Below are positions 1-12,933 of a DNA stretch of 64,000 nt, piece after piece; within the stretch, counting starts at the first letter, position 1; every line of letters starts with the position of its first letter. The translations under genes and the position numbers were made by a program. The notes under the pieces are model-generated. The model was not told where the DNA came from and did not search any database. It saw nothing but the letters and a program-made list of their open reading frames with translations. Origin of the DNA: Octopus vulgaris. Its lineage: Eukaryota. Location: positions 186,744,001 to 186,808,000 of the forward strand of contig OX597814.1 in the NCBI GenBank assembly GCA_951406725.2. Reading direction: 5' to 3'.

Positions 1-290
1 TAATTTTACTTTTAATCGAGTGTGTGTGTGTGCGCGCTCTTGTAGAATAATCCAGACTTTAGTAAACCTGATGTTGCTTTTGAGAAAAGTTCCCAGGAAC
101 AGTATAAAGATAAATTACGCCCTTTTTTTTTTATTTGCCAAAGCAGTGTTATATATATATATTTTCTTGTTACCATAAAACTGAAAAACGCTTCGATTAC
201 ATTTTGTAAAGTGGTCCCTACTTTGGAATCAAGGGAATTCTATGAGAGTGAAAGTCAGCTCATTTATATAAATGCGTATTGATGAAGCGT

Positions 291-380
291 CGTATTTGAT
301 AGACTACATTTTTATGCGTATTTGATAGACTGCATTTTTATCAACATATACTACATATGCGTATTTGATAGACTACATTT
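291..380. repeat. short tandem repeat, ~3 copies of CGTATTTGATAGACTRCATTT
   Basis: Unit seen at ~291, ~317 and ~360. Confidence 0.85.
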
Positions 381-1081
381 ATCTCCTCAGAATGATTTCT
401 TTTCACTAGAAATGTAAACGTTACAGAAAATAATTTTTATCAAAGATCAGTATATTCTCGCTCGCACTATGCATGGCAATGGGTGTAATAACTAAGAAAG
501 TTCCAGGGAAACTTATTTGCTTTCATCTCATGTTTGCTAGAATCAAAATAGATTGCACCCATATAATTTCGCTAGCATCAAACTGTTATAACAGTTTGGA
601 TACAACCTTTGGCTTTGGAATGCAGATGATTGAAAATTTATATCCCTTTTTTTTTTTTTTTTTTTTTTTCATTAATATAATTTTACATTGTAGTTGTTCT
701 TTAACATAGACACGTTTTGTGGAGATCATTTAACACGTTCATTATTTGTGTTAGCGCAAAATGCTGCTAAGGATGCAACATCTACTCTGTGGAGTCATGT
801 TCTACAGTCTCCAAGTTATCTCGTGTAATTGGACGGTGGTTTTGTTTTCCTATTTTCTATGAATCGAAACGTCTGGACAAAAATGTCATCTCCTAAATGA
901 TTGTCACAGGTCAAGATTTGAAGTTAGGCAGATTAGACTCGCAAAATGATTACTATGTGACATGGTAAAGGGATATAATTACTTAAGGTACTTGAAACTA
1001 CCAATCTGCTCCTTCAAATGTAGCTACAGAAATTTATACACAGACAGAGAAATATATTGGTGGTTAAAATAAAGAAACCCT

Positions 1082-1083
<2 letters not shown>

Positions 1084-1155
<72 letters not shown>

Positions 1156-1156
1156 C
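1084..1156. repeat. (CT)n(CA)n microsatellite
   Basis: Direct reading; explains the ERERER ORF at 1014-1223. Confidence 0.97.
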
Positions 1157-4069
1157 AGATGCTCTCAGAATCACCTAAAAAAGGCATCAATTTCATATGT
1201 AGCACTGGCAGTATACTTTGCACGCCTGGCTGAAGCTCAACTTCCTGAGACAGTCATTTATTTCGAACTATAAACTGGGTCCCGAATACATGGAAATCAA
1301 AAATAGAGATACACACTGAAACGATGCAAGACACCTCAGACCTATCTTAAGAAACTGGCAAAAACTTGCATTGGCAGGCGCTCAACCACAATCTTACGAT
1401 CATGAGTGCAAAACCTTAACTACTAAGCCATGTTATTTCTCCCTCCCTCTCTCTCTCTATATATATATAGAGAGAGAGAGAGACAGATAGAGAAAGATAG
1501 GGAGAGAGAGAAACAGATAGAGAAAGAGAGATAGGCAGACAGACAGAGAGGTATAAGCATGGAAGTATAAGTAGTTTCATTCAAATATTATTTAAATAAC
1601 AATGCATTGGGAATGCTTCAGAGCCCAGCACAGTTCTGTTTGCGACTGAAGGCATGGGCAATAGGATTAATTTCTAATAAAGTAATGGGGTTGTTTCACT
1701 TAGCAAGCGTTTCTGATTACAATTAAAATACACTCTTGTTCTTGTGCGTGAACACCCCTAAAGTGCTTGCAAAAAGCAAGACAAGCCGAAATTTCGAAAA
1801 TATATTTTCATGAAACATTAGACATTAATCAAATGTCCCTCTAATGAAGGCAATTTTAAGGAAATATTGGGATTAAAGTAATAGCTTCCTCTTGCCACGA
1901 AACATATTTGGAACCAGATTATGTCGCCTTGTAATCATTAAAAGAAGGTGCTTTTTATTAAATGGAAGTAGTTTCGTAAAAATGCTTGATATGATTGATG
2001 AAATGAAAATCACTTGATGTGATATCAACTTCAAATAGTGAAGTGAGCAATGTGGATGATGCATAGTTTGTTGCTGTGATAGTTAGTACCAGCTTAACTC
2101 TAATCGAGCAAACCAATGATCAACAGCATTCCATCCGTAACTAACCTATCTTATTCTTATATGCAGGGTATCCAGATCACATTATTCAACGTGTGTTAAG
2201 ACAGTAGTGTATGATTTGAGGTTGATTTGGTAGCTATTTCCTGCAAGTCGAGTGATCACGTAGAGGCTCCCTTGTTGACCCGAAACATAATTACTGAACT
2301 GTCGACCAACGGCAGGATTTGTATGTGCTACCGTACTCAATGTGACGTAACAAAAACCAGGACATATTAACATATATTCATAGTTCCTTATACGCTTGCA
2401 TTTGAAACTGTTGAATCGGTAAATATATTTTTTTTAATAATTATTAAAAACTATGCCTACATATTCAAAGGAACTTGGCAGCATAAAGATTTGTTATTCA
2501 TCTGTGAAAGTGCTCAATTACCAGTTAGCGAGCTCACCTGTACTTTTTCATTCATATGACCTTCATTTTCTTTATTATATACAGACAAGTGGTTCTTGTC
2601 CTCTGTCTGCATGTTTCTCAAGAACTGCTGGATTTCTAACTCAAATTGCGCTATATATAATCAAAGGCCGTTCCCGAGCATTAAAGAAAATTTTTGTGCA
2701 TCTGGTGTGTTTACAGAAAAAAACACTTCGAAACCCAATATCTTGATCTTAATTGATGTTTTTCCCACTAAATTTTGTTAGTGTCAGAAGATTGAACTCG
2801 ATCTAAATTCTTTGTAAAAACTGATTTGCCACCTTGTTTCAAGTGTGTAATCTGCCTGTCGATGTTTCTTCAGGTGAATAACAAATGCAAAATGTTTCAA
2901 GCCATTACTCGCCAGAAAATTCCCTATTCTTCTGTATATAACGCTCTTCATCATTCTCAATTGAGATATATAAAGAATAAGAGAACGTATTGATCAGCGA
3001 TAGGAATGAAGCTCATTCAACCTCAAAGATATCAACATATGGTTGCAACCTATTCGTTATGAGAGAAACAGAGAGAAATTATGACGGTGGCGGCGACGAT
3101 GACGCTTCTAATGATTACGTAATTCAGACGTGATCATAGGACTTTATACAATTATTGACATTAACAATGACGTAGGTTGGCAATTTTGGGACAGTAAAAT
3201 AAGAATAAGACCACTGGTCTACGTAAATGTACACGGTATATTGACGTCATAGAAGCCAATTAACCACAACAAAACTCTGCTCAGTCAGGACTGACTTGAG
3301 CTATACAATCCCAAAACTTTTCTCTTTGTGCGCACGTGCATGTGCGCAAGCGAGTGTAGGAGTGTAGGTCACGTTGTACTGTGCTCCAACCTGTTAAACA
3401 GGAAATGCTTAAAATTTACAGTTGACCTCAGACAAAAGAGACGATTGCTGAGTCATTGATCATGTTGAATTATTTTTTTTCTCTCTCCTCAGTTATGTGT
3501 TTTTTGTTGTTGTTGTTTTTTTCTTTTCTAATGTTTATCCTTGTTTAACGTTTCATAGTATGTACACGAGGAATGTTTGATGTTAAAATGCCTCCAAGCA
3601 GAAGCTATCATAGAATGAGAACTGAAACTTCCTTCCATATACATATCAGAAATCTTTATAATTATTCGGAATCGAAGTAAATCGTTCATTCTTGAACGAG
3701 TGCGAAAGATTAATTTTCACATTGTCAAACAGATAGGATTACTGACCATATACACTCGAAGCAGTTGTAGCCAAATCCAAACAGCTAATTTTATCATATA
3801 ATCCATAACTAAACAATGAAAATTCAGTACTACTACACTTCTTTTTCTGTACAGTAATGACCTATTTGCTGTTTATCTATAACAACACATATCTATGCAA
3901 ATGATACCACTCTTCACTCCTACTTAACCTTCCGCATATATGTGACAAATTACGAACGACCTAAACTCCTAGCGCTAAACACATACTGAATCCATGAACA
4001 ATGGCTTTCAGAATACAATTCCAAGGGGACACGTAACTAAGTCACTTTCAATAGGACAAAGATATAATC

Positions 4070-4071
<2 letters not shown>

Positions 4072-4146
<75 letters not shown>
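4072..4146. repeat. (GT)n microsatellite
   Basis: Direct reading. Confidence 0.97.
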
Positions 4147-4148
<2 letters not shown>

Positions 4149-4237
4149 AAAAAATGGAACAAGAACGCAACAGACGACAATAAAACACCCAGACAGGTAG
4201 ACGATGCGAAGACAGACAGGAAAAAACATGGACGGGT

Positions 4238-4376
4238 CATTCGCAGCCTCCTCTCATCAGTCAAGTTTCCAAATTATCCTTAGTTTCGGGCAGTTACACT
4301 TGAGACTGTTCAAATCTGGCTGCCCACAAAAATCTAAGCTAAGAGTATTAAATATTTTGGGAGAAAGAAGCGAATG
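4238..4376 (-). ncRNA. rearranged (non-circularly permuted) hammerhead ribozyme candidate, copy B
   Basis: Minus strand reads CATTCGC..hairpin..GGGCAG CCAGATT tgaac A-GTC TCAAGT gtaa CTGCCC GAAA CT aaggat AATTTGG aa ACTTGA CTGATGA..GCGAATG. Core intact; helices covary with the copy at 22665-22811. Confidence 0.7.
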
Positions 4377-4835
4377 TGTACGACAACAAAGACAAAAAAC
4401 AGAGAACATGTTACACAATTACAAATACAAACAACAAGAAAATAACAACAGGTGTCTTTCAACTAATTAAGACGAATCAAGTTGAGCTGGCGTGTGTAGA
4501 ATGAAAGCCTTGAGGCAGGAACATAGGAGATGAACATAAGAGATAAAGTCAAGAGACAGGAACATAAGAGATGCTTCGCGGCCGGCAGTCGAGCCAAGAA
4601 AGAAAAATCATGCCTGGCCAAACACCGGTCACGTGGAAGGAAAAGAGGGGGTCAGAGGGACTGAAGGATTAGGAGAAGAACGAGAAAGAGAGGAAATCAA
4701 AGGGACAAAGTACAAAGGAGATAAACGAGGAGCAAAAGTAGGAATTAAAGAAAGAGAAGGCCAAGAAATGTGAGATAGGGGGAGTAAGAAAAGAAAAGAG
4801 GAAAGAAAGAAGTATGAGGGGGACTAAAAGAAAGA

Positions 4836-4873
<38 letters not shown>

Positions 4874-4953
4874 GGAAAGTTTACGAAAATAAAAGACGAA
4901 GGCAGGAGGTGTACAAACAGATGTATTAGTATAGCGCTCAGGAATAGAAAAAG

Positions 4954-4991
4954 TCTTTTACGTTTCGAACCTACGCTCTTCTACGGAAAGA
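4954..4991 (-). ncRNA. degenerate minimal type I hammerhead-like motif (PLE-type)
   Basis: Minus strand TCTTT-CCGTAGA-A-GAGC gtag GTTC-GAAAC-GTA-AAAGA. Stem I TCTTT/AAAGA, stem II GAGC/GTTC, palindromic ACGT stem III, GUA triplet. Core differs from CUGANGA at two positions. Confidence 0.5.
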
Positions 4992-5389
4992 TACACAGAA
5001 AAAAAAAACAAGGAGAGAGAAAAAATATGTGTAGTAGCTAACGATCTAGTGATTATATCTTTGTCTTTAATGAACGTGACTTAATTACTGTGTCCCCATG
5101 AAAAAAAAAACTGTTCATGGATTCCAGTATGTTTAGCGATAGAAGTTTAGGTTGTATGTAATTTGTTAACACACACACATACAAAGAGGATCTGTACTGC
5201 ACTTTGCTTAGTTATGAACAAATAAAATTCTCGGAGTTTTACTAAAAATGGGAAAGAAAATCTGCTTGGGTATTGTGGCAACATCACATATATAACATTG
5301 CAAAAACTGCATCTCAAAAACTAGAAAAATACTGAATGAGCACAGGACCAATATTACTGCTGGCTTTGAGTGGTAATAAATTATTTCAT

Positions 5390-5960
5390 TAGATCAGTGA
5401 ATTAGCAAAGCAACGAACAAATATTGCTTGCGGGCTTTAGTTACGACCTTTCATTCCGAGTCCAATTCGTCTTTGGGTAAATATAATCAACTCATCTCTA
5501 AATCCAGGCTTTGTAATTTGGCTGAATCGAGAGAGGAGTGAGAAAATCTCCTTGCTGTATTTGGTTGCATTCTTTTACATTCTGAACTCAAATCCTACCA
5601 AAGTCAACTTTGTTTTTATTCTTTCTAGAATTGAGAAAATAAGTTCCAGTCATTTACTGTTGATATAATTGAATGTTTCCTCTCCCGAAATACATGGCTT
5701 TATGCTTAAAAACGATAGTTATCATTATCGACACTGCTGCGGCTTTTATAGTTGAGGACGATGTTGTCAGAAACAGTAGCTCGTCAAATTTTACAGCATT
5801 TAATTTCACCTTTCTATATCATGGGATCAAATCCTCCCGCAGTCCGCTGTCTTTCAATCCTTCTAGGCTGATAAAATAAATACCAGTAATATTCTCGATT
5901 CTTGTATTCAATCGAATAATAACTCTTCTCTGCAAATTTATGGTTTTATGCAATTTGCTT
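5390..5960 (+). mobile_element. cluster of ~3 heavily decayed family-B SINEs
   Basis: Remnants of 'ttctgagttcaaat..aagtcaactttg..tttcat..gataaaataa.taccagt' matching the younger copies at 16040-17345. Confidence 0.55.
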
Positions 5961-6664
5961 TCATTATGCTATGAGTTCAAACATCTCTTGGACTAATAAG
6001 ATCCCTGTCATTGTGACTGTGTTAATTGCATCAACTACTATGTTCTCCCAATTAAAATGTATAATCTTGTAGTTAACCCATAAAACGCTGGGATTTGCAC
6101 TTACATAGCATGGACTGCTGAGCACATTTTATGAAAATGACACTATACATGAAAAACAAAAAAATAGTTAAAATATCTTCTTCGTATATAATGGTGGCAA
6201 GTTTTACATCATTTGAAAAATCATTAGTTGAACTATTAGTCCTCTTGCATTCTGGGGTGGGGTATCGGAGCGTTTGAGTGACATTAGACCCCAACAAACG
6301 CCCATAAATTAAATGCATCTCTCTGGGCCATGATCGTGACCTGTCGACCTGTGCCTGACGGCCACGATCATGACCCGTCGCGGTTTATGTGTTAATATAA
6401 AGCATTCTTATTATTATCATTTAAATAATAATGGGTTCAAATACCGTCGAGATCAACTTTACCTTTCATACTTCTGCTTCCCTCAATCTCAAACCCTGTG
6501 CCTATGTTAGAATTATCATTATGAAATGATAAGGGGTGGCCAAGTAATGGACACACCTCGAAGTGTCTAGAACCCATTGTTCTCCACGTCTAACCACGGC
6601 GGATTTCTTCCAGAAAGAAAAACAGAAAGAGAAGAATAATCGAACCTGATGCTGGACTGATAGA

Positions 6665-6782
6665 TATAAAATTATTCGACCTCGAAAAGACGAAAGGCAA
6701 AGATGATCTCGGCGGAATATGAACTCAGAGTGCAGAGAACCTAAACAAATACTCTAACTACACTGGTAATTTGCCGCCTTAA
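6665..6782 (-). mobile_element. family-B SINE fragment
   Basis: 'gaaaggcaaagatgatctcggcggaatatgaactcagag..gccgcctta' matches the array units at 16-17 kb. Confidence 0.75.
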
Positions 6783-9700
6783 TCAGTTTTACACCATCAT
6801 GTGATGATTGAAATATATGTACTTAGACAATTGGAAAAGTTTAATACTTTGAAGCTTCAAAAAGAAATAACTGTTTGATTTTGGGCACGTTCATAAACGT
6901 GTGGCGTTTTATGACTTAATGAACCATAAAAATTTCTTATATTGATGTAAATATTTTTTTTAAAGATTTATACCCCCAAAAGAATACAGGAGAATTCTGA
7001 TTACGGATTTCAAGTTGATATTCTCTTTAAGCAAATTTTAAATAGTTTCCAGAATTGGAACCAAAGCTAAAGAGAAACAGCAAAGAAAAGTAAAACTGGA
7101 ATCATGTGCAACGAATAATGGGACACTTATTAGAAAAGCGTTGGAAAGTTTGAACGAAACAGGAATCGGAAGAAGTATGTATTGTTTATGGGAAACTTCA
7201 GGCTAAAGATTCCTTTGGCTGGAATGTATGACACTATGCCTAGAGAATTTCTTTGTCCGAGTTATCAAAATTTATTCTCAATATGACTTCATACACAGAT
7301 TTGTTCCGTGTTCGTGATTTTACTTTCGCAGAAGTTACGTTTTAATTAATATATTTCCGTGACTGATCTCGCTAATTTGACTTGGTAATACGTTTGTTTA
7401 GCATTAATTTGTTAAACAGGAATCAGTAGATAAGTACTGTAAATAACATCTTCTTTAGGTTTACATTTGTTTCCAGTTAATTTTACTCATAGAGACATTT
7501 ACTAAGTTTTTTCTGCATTCCATCATTCTTCATGTATACAGAACAGATCGATCATTTTTCATTGACTAGCGAGCACGTCGATTAACTCTGCTTGGCCCCA
7601 TCGATAAGCCCACCTCTTTTAATGTCATCTTTGCGAAATTCTTCTTCTAGCTTTCTGTCGCATTTTTGTATAATTTATTTGCTATTGCTATCTATGTGTG
7701 TGCATTATGCTACTTTGTGTGCTAGCTTCTTATGCTGTCGCAGTTATTACCCTGCGGTGAAACCACTTCTAAACTTAAAGGTGTCTTGTTAATATGCTTA
7801 TTCCTCACATCTTATTCGCCGGTTGTAAACAAATATAATTACCGACTCTTTTCTTTCTAAACCAGTTAAACTAATTCTATTCCATCTTCTTAATTACTAT
7901 CGTCCTCTATTGTCTCTTACATTTTGCTCTACAATAGACAAAAGACAGCTTCTCTTTTCTTTGGTTTGGGCTAGATTGAGATTTTACGGTGAAAATTGGA
8001 GCGAAAAACTTCGTTAAAACTGCATTTCAAAAGTGTCTCGTGACTGCAGTGACGTCTCGTGTTCCTTTGGGCGTTTTTTAATACCTTTACAAGACTGAAG
8101 AGTTATCTACAGAATATCATGAGACAAAATCGTCTGAACCATTTAACCCTAATTTGAATTGTACGAGCATACACAAATGAAGATGTTATGGTTATCAACA
8201 TATTTAGATTTTCGAAGAATAAGAGACCTACTCTATCCTGATTTCCTTCTTCCTTGCTGTGATGAGCATAAAAATGTCATCAAATATCATTTCGTAAGGA
8301 AAAACATTTTGCAATATTTGTTGTTGGACCAGCATTATAGTTTTTAGATTTTCATCAATTAACTTAACTTGCTATGATTTTTTCTATAAACTTCAGGTTT
8401 TACTTCTATAATTCGAATATTTTTCAGGCAGAAGATTTAGGTTCTACCTGAGCCCCACCCAAATTTTGCCCATACATTTGTGTACAACTACTGTTTTCGG
8501 TCCTTTTCCTTCTATTCTTTTCTTCTATAAGTAGTCTTCCCTGTTTGAATTGTACTTTGAATATTCAAAGGTTGCTCAAAGCCCGACACTTTGGTTCTCG
8601 TTATTGTCACTCTGCGAGTCATTCTCAAAATAAAAAAAGAAGTAGGTGTATTTTTGTTTGTTTGTTTTTTGCACTAGATTAAACTTAATCATATTTTAAG
8701 AAGAGAAAAATAAGATCACTTAGTGGCAAAAATATTTAATGATATAATGATTATGCTTGTTTAATTTTAGTGGTGATATTAGCACACCGTTTGGTTTCTT
8801 GATGTGTCAAGCTGTTGTGTTAGCAGACCATTTGTCGTTTTTTAAGCAAATGTATTTATAAAAAAACTGTGAATTCTTTTTTACAGATCAATATTTATCC
8901 ATTCATGCACAGAAATTTTCGTCTTTCATTCTTCCGATGTAGATAAAAATAAGTACCAGTCATATACAAGTATTAATTCTTTACAAAATTTGAAATTTCC
9001 ATGTAACAAATCATGTCTTTATATATGTACATATACACACACATACACAACACACACACACATTATTTTTACACCTCTGTTGTGACACTAACACTTATTT
9101 TGCTGAGCCCGACTCAAAATTAACTTCGGAGAAATTTAAAGCAGGACAGGGATTATAGACGGAAAAATAAAATTTTGTGACGTCGACGACTTTCTATTAA
9201 TGCACACTCATAGACAGACAAGACAGACCGACAGACAGATAGATGGATAGATAACGTCACCAGAAATAGATCCCGGTGAGATCAGAAACCGCACCATGAT
9301 CTTCATTCTTCGAGAAGGCAATTTATACAGGAAATTAAAAAAGAAGAAACATCTCGAATTAAATTTCCTTTTCTCGGTAGGTTAATAGTAGGAAGGGCAA
9401 CTTTATCTACTCCCAATTTAACCCAACGTTAACACCATCCAGCTATAAAAAGACCAGTCCCAAAGTCAAGACGCCAGGCCTTACCCCAAACCTATTTCAC
9501 CGAAATAAAACCATAAAAATAAGTTCTTCAACCTCTCAAATCCTAGTTTATGAACTACATAGCAAACTATATTTTATTTCTGAAACAAGGTCCTGACCAG
9601 AAGTTCACCCTTAAACATCCGGCTCCCTGCTTATCCAGTGTAATGTATCAAATTGCACAATATAAAAGACACCGCCCCTCAGAAACCTAAAGTGTGATGG

Positions 9701-12524
9701 TTGCCGCGGAAACTATTTATTCTCTTAGTCTCTTCCTCTTTCCTAACCCCACCTCATCCGTTATCAACTCTGAATACAGAGGAATGTAAATGCTGCTGCT
9801 GCTGCTGTTGTCCGACAAGCGCCTATTTCGAAACTGGAAGAAATGCATACGTTAGGGTGGTATTACTTAGCTTTCGGTGAGAGACGTGGAAGCCATTTTT
9901 TAGTGAAAGCACGTAGCCACTTTGCTTCATCATAATCGGGTGAGTCCCCAGAAATAAATGAAACCTGACTCCAAATATTTGGCAAAGTTTTTTCTGCTGC
10001 AGCTCAAACTATGTATAGAATTCAGACTGCTACTACTGCCACCAGCGGGAACATTTATGGAAGGACATAAGAGATATTAAATATTTGGCGTATTTCCAGC
10101 ATTTACAGAATAAATTCAGAAATATATTTATATAAATTTACCCAAATAATATAAGACCAAATGTCTATTAAAAAGAAGAAATAATCTTAAGTGTATGTTC
10201 ATTTTAATAAACAAATAAAACACGCGCGCGCACACACACACGATGGATGGATGGATAGATAAACATTACCATAAAAGGAATGTCATATTGTATTGATTTT
10301 ATATCAGCTTCATTTCCAAACAGTGGATCAAAATGTAGACATACATGAAATCTACGCCAGCTGACTTCTGTAACAGAAAGAATTAGGTTAAATGGATCGA
10401 TATATCAGCGGAGAAAGTAGTAAAAAGGATTCCCATATTGTTTTGTTTAACACTTTGCTCAAGACCCAAATATAGAAAATAAAAGACTATGAAATAATAG
10501 TTTAATGCCTTCTCTCCATACACATATTGATGATGTGCTGATTAACATTTCACTTTGATCACAATTGTTTGGGGGAAAGGAAAAGAACATTATAATTCCC
10601 ACTATCCTCTCCCCTGTGAATCTGAGGTTTCATGCTTATGAAAAGATTATTTTCTGAAGAAGGTGAATTATGGTAATTTAAAACTAAATGTTTCCAGCTT
10701 TACATATGTCAACATCATGTTGTCTTCGTAACGTGTTTAAAACCTTTCTTAGTGCAGTCTAGTCTCCCTTCCTTTTTAGCGAGCCTTTCAGTTTTCTCTG
10801 ATCCCATCTCCTCTTATTTATTTTATTTTTTTATAGAAATATCATTGGTATGAGTAAATTATTCAGTAAGACAATTCAAACAAAGGCAAACAACATTGCT
10901 TGTACCATATAGTTTCCTCGGTTTGTTTTCTCATACCCAATCACCACAGGATTTCATGCTGTCAGCTAAAATTAGAAAATAGTTTGTCCGTTTTATCCTA
11001 TGCTGTTTGATTTAACCTTTGTGTGCAAATGATTTGTGTTGTTAAGGGAACATACTCTTAAAAACCTGTTATGAAAGGTTTATTAGCTATTAAATACTTA
11101 TACTTTCTGACAATCCCTGAAAACAATCAATCCTATGAGATGTAGCAATTGATGAAAAAATAATGCACCAGTGGGCTGGAAAATGTTCAAGTTATTATGA
11201 ATTCCAAATTTGCATAGAAAAACCGTGGATCGGGATAATACTAAATTGCTATTAGGGAGGAGGGGAATTAACTGCTCATTGTCAAGTGGAAATATGTACA
11301 TTGGATTTGTTGCTTTTTTTTTCTTGTATCTTATTTTTTCGTTTTGTTTTGTTTTTTTTCTTGGTCATTATTTGATTCTACGGGATTCTATAAACTGGCA
11401 GCTTACAAAAAGAAGAAAAAAACTATTCAAAGCAGAACTTTCATGTAGAAATGATTCAAGAGTGAAGTTTTACACGTCGCTCTAAAACTTCTGTTATAAG
11501 TTTCACCCCTCTTCCACACATTGGAACTCAAATAATGCACAAACGATTTCAGCTTTTATCTCGTCAATGTTTTTGTTAAATAAAATTTTACTAGATTTTG
11601 TCTGCCATCATACTTAGTATTAAAGAGTATAAACATGTTGAAAATAAACATGGTATTGCAACTTTTTCCCAAACGTCAATTACATTACATAATCTTAAAA
11701 ACAATTTTAGTGACGTCAAACTTCCTGCATACTTCGGACAACATTTTTCAATGTGGCTAATGGCAAGAAATTGATTATACTTTTACACATGTAGGGCGCA
11801 CAATGAGGTTTTATTGCAGTTTTGACTTATAGAAGAAATACATTTTTTTACAAATGTTCACAACCTTACAAAAACTATATCAGCTAAGCAAATGATTTTC
11901 TCTAAATGCATTAAAAACATTATAACATAATCTGTACACTGTTTTAAAAAAATTATCATCGTCCACTTTGAGCTTATAAAAGATGAATTTAGCTACGGCA
12001 AAATGGATTAACCAAGGTAAGGTAAATTTGCCTCTTCAATTTTCCAGAATTAGGTTTGAAAACAGACTCATACACACCAATAATCATCCTTAAACATCAG
12101 AAAGATCAGAAATGCAACAAAAATTTAGAAGATCGAACTCAAATGAAAGCGGATCGTGGGAAAATAGCACATGATATGAAATTAACGAAACTCGACTAAA
12201 TAAAATAAACACTCGACATAAAATATTCTCTATAGCTTCTTCAAGATCTGCTGGAGTGGCTCTCTTCCCGATATATTTTTGCACCGTGCAGTTAAAGAGA
12301 AGAAATTATTGAAATTAGTCATGGCTAATTTTATCCCACTTTAGACATCATTTTTTGAAAATTGAAAATGATCAAACTAGACATTAGTGTGGGGAAAAAA
12401 TTGACTTGGAATCCAACAGAGAAAAGAATATTGATTGTTAAACACCAACAATTATCCAGATATTTTATCAGCAACTAAGGTCAAAGTTGAGAAAAAATTT
12501 CTTGAAAAAGTGCCTGTCACGTGA

Positions 12525-12933
12525 CTCTCTTACTCTTTTACTATTTTACTTGTTTCAGTCATTTGACTGCGGCCATGCTGGAGCACCGCCTTTAGTCGAG
12601 CAAATCGACCCCAGGACTCATTCTTTGCAAGCCCAGTACTTATTCTATCGGTCTCCTTTGCCGAACAGCTAAGTGACGGGGACGTAAACACACCAGCATC
12701 AGCTGTCAAGTAATGCTAGGGGGACAAACACAGACACACAAGCACACACACACATACATATATATACATATACACGACAGGCTTCTTTCAGTTTCCGTCT
12801 ACCAAATCCACTCACAAGGCATTGGTCGGCCCGGGGCTATAGCAGAAGACACTTGCCCAAGATGCCACGCAGTGGGACTGAACCCGGAACCATGTGGTTG
12901 GTTAGCAAGCTACTTACCACACAGCCACTCCTG
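12525..12933 (-). mobile_element. tRNA-derived SINE family A, near full length, young
   Basis: Minus strand has a tRNA-like head (A box TGGCTGTGTGG, B box GGTTCAGTCCC), conserved body, central (TA/TG)n and GTAAAAGA tail repeats; homologous to several other copies here. Confidence 0.92.

Larger units (their letters stand above)
4150..5050 (-). mobile_element. non-autonomous Penelope-like (PLE) terminal-repeat material carrying hammerhead motifs
   Basis: Abuts (GT)n and contains (TA)n. 4200-4390 is homologous (reverse complement) to 22640-22860, which lies downstream of a GIY-YIG PLE ORF. Two hammerhead-like cores on the minus strand. PLE assignment is inference. Confidence 0.55.

Noticed and set aside
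9250-9730. Possible retroelement ORF1 relic after (GACA/GATA)n
   Set aside because: No diagnostic motif recognised.
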